Shown here piece after piece: positions 37,809 to 51,400 of a stretch of 64,000 nt of DNA. Position 1 is the first letter of the stretch, and every line of letters begins with the position of its first letter. This DNA is from Sphagnum compactum (lineage: Eukaryota): positions 9,352,213 to 9,416,212 of the forward strand of contig OZ234493.1 in NCBI GenBank assembly GCA_965153455.1, read 5' to 3'. Under the pieces are notes generated by a model. That model was not told the origin of the DNA. It saw only the letters and a list, made by a program, of their open reading frames with translations, and did not search any database. A program made the position numbers and the translations under genes.

Positions 37809-39959
37809 TTATATAATAAAAACTGTATCTCTTTCAAAAGGACAAAATTTTGTGTCAAAGTTGCCAAGGTACTAACTACGATTATTAGTTTAGTTGTGGG
37901 TCCAATCCATCCATCCATCCATCCAAAGTCCTAAACCTTTTCATTGTCAATTTTTTTTTTTTGGGTGCCTAGGCTTCATTGTTGTTGGTTGGCCGACCCA
38001 TCATCAAAAAAAAAAAAAAAAAAGTTTCAAAACTTTGGACACTCTTAAGGCAGAAGGTTTTAAGGCCCACTTTAGATGAGGGGTCCAAGGTCGAGGGTCC
38101 AATGAAATAGAGCAATCTTATTGGATGAGAGCCATAAATTGGACGCACAATCTTTAGATGAGGAGGGTCCAAGGTTAAAAAAAAAGAGTAGCAAATCAAG
38201 GCTAAACCTACATGGCACCATTTTGGAGGGAAAATCAATTGGTTTGGACCCAAAGAAAAAAGGGAGCTCAAAGGAGAGCTGCTTCCCTTTGACCCACCTC
38301 CCCACTCCCCCCTCTTATAATAATAATAATAATAATATATATATATAAATCATTGGGTAGCCTATTACCTATTGTCATGACCATAGCCAGAAAATTTGAA
38401 AAAAATTTGTTTTGGTAAAAGGCTATTATTGATAGGTAACTCATTGGGTAATTAGGTCACCAATCCAGACATGCAAAAATAGGTGAGCTCCAATTAGCTA
38501 CATGTATACATGCTATATATGGGTTTAGGGTTTAGGGTTTTATATATAACCCTATATATACCTCCTAAAATTGTTGCTGAGGCTAGGCTAGTCCTTCACA
38601 TGGGTACCTAAATTCCCCACTCCAATCAACCCAAGCACCACCACACACCAGCACTACTACCATTTGCTACAAGCATCAAGAGGTTGGCATTGAATTGGCT
38701 GAGTCATTGCAGATAGTCTCCCACCTTCTCCAACTTGCTTTCCCAGCCACAACCCAATTCTTGTGGCACTCAAATGCTCCTCAAGTTATGTGGCATTTCC
38801 TTTCTTGTGTGATTGTTAGTAACTAAATTAGGTATTTGGCAGATTTCTTGCAAATATTTTACTACTTTTGCCCTTTGTGATTGTGAATTCATAAACTCAA
38901 GAAGAATGTAGCTAAGCATTTGTTTTTTCTATATGCCTACTATTATTAGGTCTTGTGTGAGCTTGTCACCTTCTCTTTTTTTCTTTTTTCTTTTTTTTTT
39001 TCCTGTTAGGCCCTGCCCCCCACAGGCAGGGATTTATTTATTTATTTATTTATTTTTTAAAAAGTTGCATTGTTTTTCCACCTGAGGAAAGAAAGGGTTG
39101 CACATTCTGCGAAAATGCCAGAATTGTAAAGAAGATTTATGCAACCATTTTGCTTTGCTAGTGCAAATTTGGCAGAATACATCTCCATCTCCATGAATTT
39201 TTTTGGTGGCATATATAGTAGAAAATTTTATTATCTATGGTTACAATGAAAATTGGCAATGTCAATAAAGAAAACTCGGTTATAGCATGCATGGCAAGTT
39301 GCTAAAGAACTACATATAATCACATTATATGAGGGGATTTAACCTTGGTCATTCAAGACTCTACCAATTGTAACATAATGTCTCTTGCAAGTCGATGAGT
39401 TAGTAATGCTTTTAAAACAAAAGAATACATATATAAGGAAGCGAATTGTAAGCAAATTAGTGAAGATTGTAAAAATATATCCTCAATAACTCTTTTTAAA
39501 TTTTATATTCGCTGGTGATTGACAACAACAACAAAATTTTTGAAAATCACCAAAACTTATAGACAATGAAAATATCAAACAAAACAAAAACAAGAAACCA
39601 CCCAAAAGCCATAGATCAAGGGATGCAAGCACTTGGAATTGGGCAACCTACAACTTTAAAAGAGCTTTTAAGCATTCAAGGCATATCAACATTTCTTTGA
39701 TTATTAAATCCCAATGGCTTGATCACAAGGGAAAGTTTGCATTGTACAAAAGGATTGTCAAAACATGCAAATGCACAAAGACATGTGTTTCATCAATCAA
39801 GTGAGAATCTTAGATTTGATCAAATTCAAGTTATTGAATCCATGTTCATCCTCCATTTGAATTGTGACAATTTCACATGCTATAAGATGTTGATAGTATT
39901 CGAAAGGCCTAGGGCAACTTTGGCATTACTTTTCATTATCTTAAATAGAACAGGGGGAA

Positions 39960-41740
39960 AAAATGAATAAAAGATTGATGGCCGGAATCATCACAATGGG
40001 AGACAAAAAGGGAAGACCAAAAAAAGGCCAAAAGATGAACAACCCGCAAGAACCAAAAAAAGGGAGAGAGCTAGTCCCTTTAATGGTAGGAAACTATCTC
40101 ACCCACAACCCCTTTAATGTCGCATACATGCAAATCATGACATCTAATAATAATGGGAGGTCTAGAACAAGCATCACCCACCAACGCAGTCTTCCTCTTT
40201 ATAGTAGAGGCTAAAGCACATTAAAGAGCAATATTAACACACTAGTTTGAACCCTGTGCCTAATGCACAGGTGTGTTATTTCAACAATGTTTGGTTCATG
40301 TTTTAATTTTTTTTTTAAACTTTTATCTTTTTAATTTTTTTATCTTTATGTGTTTTATTTTATTATTATTATTTTGTATAATAAAAATAAAATGTTTCTT
40401 TTTCACTTTTGTATTTTTGTTTATTTGGATGCAAGTTTGAAGTTTGGAGAAAGAAGACACACCTCATTCTTTTTCAAGTAGGGTTTTTCTTCATTATTAT
40501 AAGTTTTATTTTTTCTTATTTTCTATTCTTTATTTGGTTTTTTCTTTTTTGTAATTTTTTTCTTTTATAATGATTTTATTGTATTTCCCTTTCCTTGTTT
40601 CATTTGTTTCCATTCCTTTTTTATAGTTTTTGTGTTTTTACTTTTTTTTGTTTATGTTTGTTTAATGTTTTAATTTTTTCTATTCTTATTTTGTCTATCT
40701 TCATTTTTTTTCTATTTTTATGCATTTATTTATTTATTTAGTTTCTATTTTCTTTTCCAAAAAAAGTTAGTTTTTCTAATATGTTTTATAGTAAAAATAA
40801 TGAAAAAAAACTTTTTAATTTTTGTTTGATTAGATGCAGGTTTGAAGTTTGGAAAAAGAAGACAAACCTTTTTTTTTTTCAAGGTTTTTTTTCTCTTTCT
40901 TTTGTTCTCTGTTTTGTTTCTTATTTTTTGTCATCTATTTTTTAGTTTTCTTTTAAGATTATTTTATTGTATTTCCTTTTTTTGTTTCATGTTTAACTGT
41001 TTACAAAAAGTTTCTAATTGTTAAAGTGTTTTTCTGTTTTTATTGTTTTTCTAGTTTTTTCCCTTTTTTAAATATATATTTGTTATGTTTGGATGGATGA
41101 CGGGATGGATGGATGGAAAGCTTCATTTCATCCCGAAGCTTCACGACCACGACGTCTTTTACTATATAAAATTGCCTGAAAAATTGAATGCAAAAAAATA
41201 ATGATAAATGACCTCTTGATTGTTTATTGTGGAAAAAACGAACACATTCCTTGATGCAACAATCCATATCATGCACAAGTGCGTTGTGCACCTCCATGGC
41301 CATCGGAATAAAATGGTGCCTTTCATGAAACCTTCTTTATTTGCAAATCTTATCAATGGTGTTAAGTTTTGTAACTGCATTTGTTAATCGACTAATGACA
41401 TTCGAAACCACCATCTCTCGTGTCAAGTCAATAACCACCACATTGGCAACGAAGACCTGGTCTTGTCGGGTCATGTAGAAATCGGCTCGTAATGAAATTC
41501 TTGATGTAAAGGCGCACCACCACTTTCTCCATACATCGTATTGTGCCCACTCTTTTCAACAACGATATACATGATGTTTTGGATGGCGTCATGTGGGGTA
41601 TCCGTTAACCTCCAAACGGGCAACGAATTAAGTGTGTGCTAGATGCGTCCGATTTGCTTACACATTCGCACGTGAAAAGACTAAATATCGAAGGCTAAAT
41701 TAAACCGAGACAAAAATGTAATGTTGAGATACAAAATAAA
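39960..41740 (-). mobile_element. Decayed 3' end of an RLE-type (CRE-like) non-LTR retrotransposon, split by the Helitron at 40242-41171
   Basis: Minus-strand translation with stops and frameshifts: LHFCLGL...TCECVSKSDASSTHLIRCPFGG (CCHC) ..HDAI...LRADF...VANVVV..DKICK*...HHFIPMAMEVHNA...FFRQ | CVNIAL*CALASTI. The ORF ends near 40070 and is followed by a T-rich tail. Confidence 0.7.
40242..41171 (-). mobile_element. 930-bp non-autonomous Helitron, inverted copy of 36844-37808
   Basis: The minus strand reads ttttatatagtaaaagacgtcgtggtcgtgaagc...cctgtgcattaggcacagggttcaaaCTAG. It is inserted between A and T with no TSD. Confidence 0.9.
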
Positions 41741-42354
41741 AACTTCACAACATTTAAATGGGTGTTAAATGATTCATCACAATATTCAAGCAACCAATAA
41801 TGATGAGGATATACAATAGCTACTGCATCATTCACCCCACAATATGGAAAAATGTTTACGCATTTCAATCATTAATTTCGTTGTTGCTTCTAAACATTGT
41901 TTACTTTAACACCTTCCACAACTTGGCCATGAAAAATGCCCCCAATCACCTAACATGTCAAAACGTGTTAAAGTCTGAAGCTTCATTATAAGAAAAATGA
42001 GGATTTATGATTGATTCCTACAATTAGTTTTTAGTAGCAAATGACATTTGCGATTAAAAATCAATCTAATAACAAAAGACAAGTCACAATTGACTACTAG
42101 TCACATGTGATAAATGAAATATTTTGTTTTAAAATACATACACATTCACAATGTACTAATTTCAATGAAACTCTAATGCAATTATTTTTGTGACCAACAA
42201 TTTGCTACCATGTGGTTCAAGCATAACAAATCCAAAGAAGACATACGAAAATATTTTTATTTCAAAATTAAAAATCTATAAACAAAAGCAAAATTTCCAA
42301 TTGTTTGATTAAACAATACAAGATTACACCATGTGACGTAACTATAACTAATCC

Positions 42355-42560
42355 AAATGTGGCACATGGCCACCTAGGCAAACCCTAGGACTAGGCCACG
42401 TGGTACCTAATCCACATGGCACCTACGCTATGCCATGTGGCACCTAGACTAACCCTATGACTAGGCCATGTGGCACTGAGGTTAAGGCACATGGAACCTA
42501 TGTTAAGCCATGTGGCACCTAAGTTGAGCCACATGGCCTTCTAAGCTACCTAGCCATAAG
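42355..42560. repeat. Degenerate ~20-bp tandem repeat (gcca(c/t)(a/g)tggcacc-like)
   Basis: Repeated ccatgtggcacct/ccacatggca motifs, and aaccctag/tgactaggcca twice. Confidence 0.7.
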
Positions 42561-45008
42561 TCTAGTTTAGGTGGCTTACATTACTTAACCTAGTGTAAGG
42601 TTAAATTATTTCTCAAGAAAAGTCTCCAAACATGTTTCACACTTGTGTTTTTGACAATATTGTTATGTTCCTAAAACTTTTGTTCAATGCATTGATTAAG
42701 AACATGAAAATACATTTATTTTAGATATTGTTGAAGTTTCAAAATCTATGCAACTTGATAACTGTACTCACTAAAAAATTTAAATGAAAATTTTCATTTT
42801 AATGTTTTCTACGTTTTTATAAAGTTTGATGGGTCCAATAGAATGAAGGTGTTACATTCCTAGTGGTATCACCCAAGGATGGGTTTGTGAAATAACACTT
42901 GATTCAAAGGACAAGTCTAATTCTACATTATTATAGCCATGTCTTTATAGGAGGTTGTATTAACACCACAAGAATGGTTCTAAACATTTGGTACATGGTT
43001 TTAGTTTTCAAAGAAGTCATTTTTATGATTCTTTCAATGTAGGATACAACATCATCAAATGAGAACAAAAGATTATGACAAGTGGTCCCATTTATGTCCA
43101 AGTTTAACATATTCAAAATCAACATTGAATTGGATTGTGATGAAAACCTAGATTGTGAAGGCTATACGCTATTAATGGCATGTTAGACTTATATTGTCCT
43201 CAAGTTGATTGCCTTTTGATTGAAGTTTTGACAAAATAATGAGTGGAAAATAAGGCATGCTAGTTAGTCTCTTACAACAACAAAGAGGATGAATTTAATT
43301 TTTCTTTATTGCTTGGTGCATTTTAGCAATAACTTTTGGTTGTTAGTCTAGGTGTGCATATTTGTTAATCTAGATTTGGATTGCAAGAATCTCAAAGACT
43401 TAGTCACTTAAGGTTTGCCTTAATGTTTGCCTCTCCAATGATGTTTTTTTGCCATTTTTTGTTTATTATGTGACCTTAAGGTCAAGTTGCTTTTGCTCAT
43501 GCATTGTAGAGTGTTCCCTAAGATTGTGATTTGACATATTGACACCATGTGAAGGACAAATATACATCTATTCACAAGTTTTGTCGCAAAGGTCTATGGT
43601 ATTGAATGAGATCAACACCGAAATGGCATTCTTGCATTATAGTACTGATGTTATCTTCACTCATTGCAAAATTGTAGTTGTATACCACCTTCCTAAACAA
43701 TGGAGACAAGACTACAAAAACACTAAGTCATTTTAGCTACGAGTATCAAGCTATATGGTAAAAGTGAATGTTGAACTCCACCATGATCAATCATGTGCCC
43801 ATATAGTTATTATTTGTTGATGCACCATACTTAATTACACTGACACAATTGCACACTCTTAGCTCAGATGAAAATTCAATCCACTTTGCAAATGTACCCA
43901 AATCAGATTTTATTTGATGCATAGATTGCAATGTACAATCCCGAGAGTTCATCATTAGACATTGTAGATTGTGAAAATATACCAAGCATTGGTCATGTTG
44001 TGTTTGTCATTGTAAAAGTGGGGGGATCTTTAACATCTACTTGATGTTTTGGGATTAGTACAATTAGTGTGCACAATCCCCACCAATAGTGCAAGCTTTT
44101 AGCTCAGACCTAAAATCAAGTATCCAAGACAATGGGGAGACACATGCATATGGTATTACGTGATTATATCACAAACTACTACTTATATGATTATATTACA
44201 AAGTTTGTAGATTTTCTGAGTAGTAGAGAATTTTTTGCTAGCAATGGATTTGATGCTGTAGAGAGTATTATCAACTGGGGAGAGAAAATGGCAATGACAA
44301 TGTTGAGATAAAGTGCCAGACAGAAAAAGCAATGAAGATGTCAAATACTAGGAGCTCTCAAAGGGCTCAATGCAAGGGTGTGAATAGTAGCATTTCTGGG
44401 ATCATGGTGCTGAATAAGTATTGGACAACAAAGCTTGCCGCATTGTCAAGCTTCTGACATAAGTACATCTCTTTTCTAGCCTTTTGACAGATGAAGAAGT
44501 CAAGCAAGATCCCAGTTGCAGACTAGTAGCAAGATTCACGAAAAGAGAGATTAATCCTAGCTACAAATCATCCTCCTGTTTACAAAAAACTTCTGTGGAA
44601 AATTCACACTATGCAATCAGTAAGCATGATTTTGCAGCTTCAATCGTCAAATACAGACTACTGATGATCACGGACATTAAGGGGAAGATTCTACTTGAGT
44701 TGTCTACCCAATTCTAAGCTGTCTCAATACAAATGTACACATTACCGTATTTCCTGACCCTCCACATTATGGGAAAATTCTGATATCCTGGGTTCAAGTT
44801 TAAACCCTAAATCCTAAACCTTATTGTGGCTGCCTTTCTAGCATAAGGCTCAAGGTTCCACTTACATGAAGTCTAATGCTGTATGTAACTACTTGTATTT
44901 CAGTTTTTGAAGAATGGGTCAGCAAGCAAACAAATCCAAATTGGATTGTTTGCTTGGGACCCATTTGTATATACCTGGGCTAGATCCTTTGAGCTATAAT
45001 GTGGGTTT

Positions 45009-48000
45009 TTATGATGATTGTGTTGGGTTCTGACACATGCATTCTGGGACAGGGTATGCAAGCACATCAGGATTGCTTTTACTCATGCGCTGAATGGGTT
45101 GGCCAATGCTATCTGTGTGAAGTGCCCGGATGGTTTTATCAAACTCTGCTGTGGGCATTGTTGTGTTGAGGAAATGTTGGATCATCTGCCTCTTGTTTGG
45201 TACAATGTGTTTGCGGTGTCCTGTATATGCCCGATGACCCTGCAACATTCCAACCCAAGATATCAACAAAACTCAACAAAGAAAATAAATAAACTCAAAG
45301 ATAAACACACACACCACACCAGTAATTTACAGAGTCCAAAATCTCCACCCATTTTATCCTCTGCTGTTCCTGTTCTTGTAGAACCTGAAATAGATCAATT
45401 CCTTACTCTTCTCTCTCACGTGCATTGGCTTGTAAAAGTCTATATCCCACTGGAACCATACATTCAATACTGAGATAAAGGATGGGTATTGACAGAAACG
45501 TTGGTGTCAAGAGAAAGATCAGTAGTTGACATACATGCATCAAATGCCCGAAATTGCCACCATGTGATTGCAGGAATACATCACTCTGCAAGCACACAAG
45601 ATAATCAATTGCTGCAAGACTGGATGCCTTGTTCTTGAAGGGCATGAGCTCATCAGCCGTCGCAAGGCTATCTTTGTTGTGAAGCTCAGGAAATGCCTTC
45701 CTAATTGGCTCCAGTGCTTTTTTCTTTCCACCAAATGGTTCTCCTCCTGCCCAATATATCCTTGTCCTCTCTGCTGCTCCCAGTGCCTTCAGAAGCCTGT
45801 TTCAACAAAAAGAGACCACCCATATGGTTAGTACACCAGTATGGTTTTCTATATGCATCCTCAGTCAGCACATATGTAGTACGCTGGTTTGTTTGTCTAT
45901 ATGCATCTTCAGTTGTATGACACAACCAGAAGGATACATGCATGGGTTTCAAGACAAGCACTGACAAGTTTTTAACTGTACACAATTTTTTTATTGGTAC
46001 CTGACAAGCTCGGCAGCAGTGAGAGGACAAAGGCCTGCAAGCTTGCGTTGTGTGAAACCCATCCTGGTACGGGCAGTGAGAAGCCTTGGATTCCTTCTCC
46101 GCTCGATCCGTATCTCTTCATCCAACTCCTTACCGAGCCCAGGAAGACAGCCTGTGCGCACCCACACATCTTTCTCAAGTCTTAAATGCACGGCCAAGTA
46201 CGAGCCTTGGCTCCACATTCGTGCTGCTAGCTTGTCACCCAACTCCTGGATGGGTGCTGTAAATTTGAGTGCATGGAATGCAACCTGTGAAAGAGGGTGC
46301 AAAATTGACTTGTGAGATTTTCAGACTTTGCAGGGTTGGAGTGTGTGTTCACCTGTCTACTTGTTAACCTACTGCAATCCAGAACAGAAGGAGTATCCAC
46401 TTTAGGGTTAAGTCTGTGCTCTACAGAAGGATTAACTCACACCAGTAGAAGAGAATTTGAGTTCAATCAGTTTCACCTTGCAGCGAAGTCTTTGAAGGTC
46501 TGAGGGAAGATCCTTTGCAAGCCTTGAGTCAAGACCAGACAACAAGAGAACCCCCTCCTTGCTCATCTGATCACAATCCCCACCCCATCATAACCCACCA
46601 CCAATTCTCATTCTGAGCCATCTTTACTTCAACACTAATGATGCCACGGGATGATAATCAACAGCCTGAGAACTATTGCATGCAGCACAAAATTTCTTGT
46701 TTTTGACATGTCCAATTCCACCATTCTCTTGTGGAAAAGAGTGGAACAAACATGTCCGAATTTCATATGTTGTGTGCAAAAAGAGCAAAACACAGATGTC
46801 TGAATTTTCATATCAGGTGCAAAAGAGCAAAAAACAGATGTCTGAATTTTCATATTGGATGCAAAAGAGCAAAACATGTGTGAATTTCATACTGGGTGCA
46901 AAAGAGTGAAACATGTGTGAATTTCCATATTGGGTGCAAAAGAGCAAAACATGTGACCTGAATTTCCATATTGGGTGCAAACGAGCTTCACTGAGGAACT
47001 TGTCTACTGACTGTGTTGATTTTGCTTTAGAAGAAGAGAAAAAACAAGACTGATTCCAGGGAGTCCAATGTTATGGTATGTGTGTACCTTCCTGCCATAA
47101 TGAGTGCGTAACCAGTGTGGGCTTGCATTCAAAGGCATGTTTTTCTCTTCCGTAGGTTTGTACATTAAAAGTGTCGATGGCAGAGCTGATACTACTCTAA
47201 CATTGTCTTTCAACGTCTCCTTGAAGTGCTCCACATCGAAAATGTCCCCAAACTCACTGCCATGAAACCCAACAAAAGCTCATTGAGAAAAACACCACAT
47301 GATGATCAAGGAGCTAGCTAGCTAGCTTCACAATCAAAAACAATAAGCTCAAGAAAACACCACATGATGATCAAGGAGCTAGCTAGCTTCACAATCAAAA
47401 ACAAAAAGCTCAAGAAAAGACCACATGATGATCGAGGAGCTAGATAGCTTCGCAACCCAAAACGAAATGCTCAAGAAACCATATGAGGAGCTTAGAGCTT
47501 CACATGAAAAGCTCAAGAAAACTCCCCACATGGGGAGCTGGTACAGAGTCATCACTATGAACTCTCTTTCCTGATAGAGAAAAGCAAAAAGTCTCCACTC
47601 ATCCCTTGAAATGGATTTGCAACAAAAAGAGTGCAACAACTGTTGATCCTTGCTTGCTATAATTCTCTCTGTGTCTACTCTGATGATCTGCAGTTGTTGA
47701 TCTTCTTCACAAACAAAGAGAGATGTGGGTATCATTAGATCATGTGCGTCAGGGGCAAGTGGGCAGGGTGGGTGGGCCATGCACCTTTCATCTTGCCAGA
47801 TTTGATTAATCTCCATAATGGGTACTACCAAATTGGCTCCAAGGATACGGGCGATGATCACAGCATCCACAATCTGGTTCCTTTGCTGGTTCAAGCCTCC
47901 ATTCACCACCACAAGCAAGTACCTCTCTCTCTGAGCTATGAGCTCTGCACTCTCCTGCTTGAATTCCTTGCTGAATTCAATGCAGGGTCTGAATCCCAGG

Positions 48001-48425
48001 CCATCTGGCTGGTGCCAGAAGAATTCTTGCTCCTCCAAGCTCATGCTGCCTGTTAGATTTCTCTTGGAGGAGCTTCTCATCCCCTGCTGCTGCTGTTGCA
48101 TTGCAGAAAGAGGCAGCAGTAGCTCAGTTGGGACAATATTGTTGTTGGAGATCATCATCCTCCTCATCATCATAGTCGGGGAGCAAGAAGAATAGTGAAG
48201 ATGAGCATGATCATCCCGCGACGAGGAGGAGGAGGAGGAGGAGTTCGTGATGGAGCTGGGATTCCAAGTGAGGAGGAGGAACTTGAACATACTGATGCAA
48301 GCAAACAAGGTCAAGAGTGTGAACCAACAACACCTCAAGCTGATGTGAGCTTTGCTGCAGAACGAGTTCTTCCTTGGAGATATGACTAGCTGCTGCAATG
48401 GTGGCGCACTAGCACTACTACCCAT
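45009..48425 (-). CDS. O-fucosyltransferase family protein (GT106/DUF246, OFUT20-like). Exons about 48425-47785, 47256-47088, 46566-46477, 46284-46001, 45796-45535, 45239-45009
   Basis: N-terminal TM helix, then FWHQPDGLGFRPC, VVVNGGLNQQRNQIVDAVIIARILGA.LVVP, WQDESEFGDIFD, DLQRLRCKVAFHALKF, YLAVHLRLEKDVWVRTGC, GLCPLT, IYWAGGEPFGG, LAAIDYLVC..SDVF..SHGGNF, GHRAY.GH and AYPVPECMC. Introns are in phase. Confidence 0.93.
46770..46985. repeat. ~37-40-bp tandem repeat in an O-fucosyltransferase intron
   Basis: tgaattt(t/c)cata.tgg.tgcaaaagagcaaaa recurs about five times. Confidence 0.75.
47277..47530. repeat. ~60-bp tandem repeat in O-fucosyltransferase intron 1
   Basis: gctcaagaaaa.accacatgatgatc.aggagctag.tagcttc.caa occurs three times, plus decayed copies. 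Confidence 0.75.
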
Positions 48426-51400
48426 CGCACGATTCCCTGCAGGCCAAGTCTTCTTCTTCTTCTTCTTCTTCTGATCCTCTTCACTTGCGGGTCGCACCCA
48501 ACGTCGGCAGCTGAAAGAAATTGTTCTTGAGCAAGCTCCTGCAGCTCAATTATTCCCCCAGCTGCTGCTTCGGATTTTGGCTCCTGCAAAAGGGAGCTGA
48601 TGTCATCTGCTCAATCCTCATGACTAAACTCTAGTTCTGCTGCTCTTGTGAAAGAATTAGTTCTAGCCAGTCTGATCTCTGCTGAGGTTCATGAAGCTCC
48701 TGCTGGAATCGACAGAGAATCAGTGTGGAGATCACTGGCGACATCAACTCACAGAAGAAAAAATGATTTGGGGAAAAAAAAGCGCAAGAAACAAAGTCCA
48801 GGCTCCCCAAAGCAGCTACAACAATTCTCTGAATCTTTCATGAGGCGGAGAAAAAACAACACACGGGCAACAACAACAACAACCACCACGACGACGACAA
48901 AGCACAATAGCAAAACACTGGCATAAAAGATCAGAGAGGAAAAAAAAAAACCAAAAACCAAAACAAAACAAGAGAGTTTGGTGACCGAAGAAGCTGGTGG
49001 TCAGAACTCGGGGAGCAACTGGAGTAGAAGCAGACACGAGAAGCGCTCTGTGCGACACCAGAAGTGCGAAGAGAGGACCAAGCGCAGCGCAAAACGCTCA
49101 CGAGCACTGCGCCGGGGAAGACGACGAATACGAATACGGATACGAATACGACGACTACGAATACTGCGACGAAGACCCGGAGCACTCCCACCCTGTGAAA
49201 GAAGGGGCTACCCAACTTACCTGTCCTTTCTTTTTTTATCTTTTATTTTGTAATTATTAAACAACTTGAAAATTAAAAAAACACACATAAACATTTTGTT
49301 TCACAGATCATAAATTATTATAAATTTGTGTGATTTTTTTATAACTATGTTAATATTTATGTGAGAGTTATGTACACAAAGGGTAAGAGAAAGCCAATGT
49401 GAAAACATATTATTAGTTTGAGAATGATTTAATGAAAATGTGTTTTGAACACAAAACAAAAATGAAAGTTGATCATAAAATTAAAAATATGTAAATTATG
49501 TAAAATTGTGTTTTTATCACTTGAATTGTGATTTTTGATAAAATCAGGCTAAACATTTAAAATTTATATATTTGTTAAATTATTTAAACAAGATGAAACA
49601 ATTTGAAAATACAATAGTACAAAAAAGATTTGATCAAATAATAGTTGACGAGGTTTATTTGTGAATAATATTATCTTTGAAATCCACATTTAATATTTTT
49701 GTTGTCTTGTAAAATCAATCTTTAGCAAAATTGAAGAAGGATTTATAAGTGTTTATAACATTATACAAGCAAAATGTCATTTGACCATTGTAACAAACCT
49801 ATATACATAATATGAATAAATAATATAAAATAACTTTGTGCATGTCTTGTAACAAAATCAATGGTTATTAAACAATTTATTGGGATAATGACATGTTTGA
49901 ATATTCAAATTTTATTATCATAAATATATTAAAAAACCTAAATTTTTTTCTTGAAGAAAAATCATCCTTTTGTGTATTCATGATCTATTAAATTTGGATA
50001 TTTTCATTAGTTCTTTTTAAAGCTTCATTAATTAAATATTCAATTTGAAATGTCAATAATTATATGGGTAGATGACCAACATTGTCCTCATCATAAATGT
50101 CATTGCTTATGATAAATCTTAATAAACTTATAATATAAGAATTAATGATATCCTACTATATGAATTAAAATGTCCTTGCAACTTATGGAAATCCTTAGAA
50201 CTATTATCGACATTACATAGTAAGATAAAAGATGAAAATGTTGCCATAAAACAAACATGACTTAATGAAATCGATGGTTTATATGTCTTTTTAAACTCAT
50301 TTTGTGATGCTTATTCCTCGTGTAAATATGACCTGTTAGAAGAAAACAATCCATCTTGTTTATTGTGTAATTTATTATACATGTCCATCATTTTTATATT
50401 TAAACTTTGTTTATTACTATAGTACTTTAACATGTTTGAAATTTAGTACATCATTTGTAAAAAATATATAATTTTTAGAGATACTTCTTCAAAGAACAAA
50501 ATGTTGTGAAATAAATTACATAATGTTTTGAAATATTGAAGAATATTTTATTCTAAACGTGAGATTTCCGAAACTCGTTAATTATTTTACAAACATGTGT
50601 TGAAGTTGCCTTTCTACTACATTAATAAAAAATATTTAAGCAATCTTGAAAATATTATGAACCATTAAATCATGTGTGCTTTGTATGTTGTAGGGATTAT
50701 AATTTTCTTGCAATGTGTGTCATTAATTGAATTAAATGCATGGGATGATGAATGACTTGTTTTTATAGAAGATTTACAAGGAAAAAAAAGGTGAAAAAAG
50801 GGGAATAAGAAAAAAAAAAAAGTGATTTAGTTTGTGAGTAGCAATACACCAATGCTTAAATTGAAAATGGTAATACTTTAAAACCAATAAAATTGATCAC
50901 AACAATTTTTAACTTTTTAATTATAAAATTTTCCCATTTTCTATGCAGTTAAAACATGTTCAAAGTTTGACTCTTGATTTTGTATTTTACTTCATTCAAA
51001 GACTTAATACTTTGACTAAATCAATTGCATGTTACATCACATATGTTTGAACTTGTTGTCATTACATATCACATCAAAGTTTTGAAAACTTTGAGATTGT
51101 TTTGGTGCATGTTGTTATTTAAAAAACGCACGATTCATATTCAAGTGCATTCGTGTTTCAACTTTTCACACAACAACTACATTTTTAAGTTTAATAAATG
51201 ATGCATTTATTTATGTTTTGAAATATGAATTTGAAATTATAATAAAAGTTTTTTCCTTCCACATCATGATTGCGAGTTGACTTCAATGTTTTAAATTTCA
51301 ACATTTTATTTCATATGAAAGGAACAACATGCCTTGGTGTAAACCATTAAACCACATTGTGTACCCATACAATTTTTTAATAAATTTTATATTGATTAAT

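Noticed and set aside
36844-41171. One large TIR (Foldback/Mutator-like) element with ~0.95-kb inverted repeats
   Set aside because: Each arm has its own Helitron 5' and hairpin-CTAG ends, and the right arm has an independent A|T insertion site.
42900-44000. Possible decayed transposase coding sequence
   Set aside because: I could not recover any diagnostic motif by eye in the frames examined.
48931-49260. Short ORFs with EYEYGYEY / RIRIRI repeats
   Set aside because: They arise from a gaatac hexamer repeat in the probable promoter/5' region of the O-fucosyltransferase gene.
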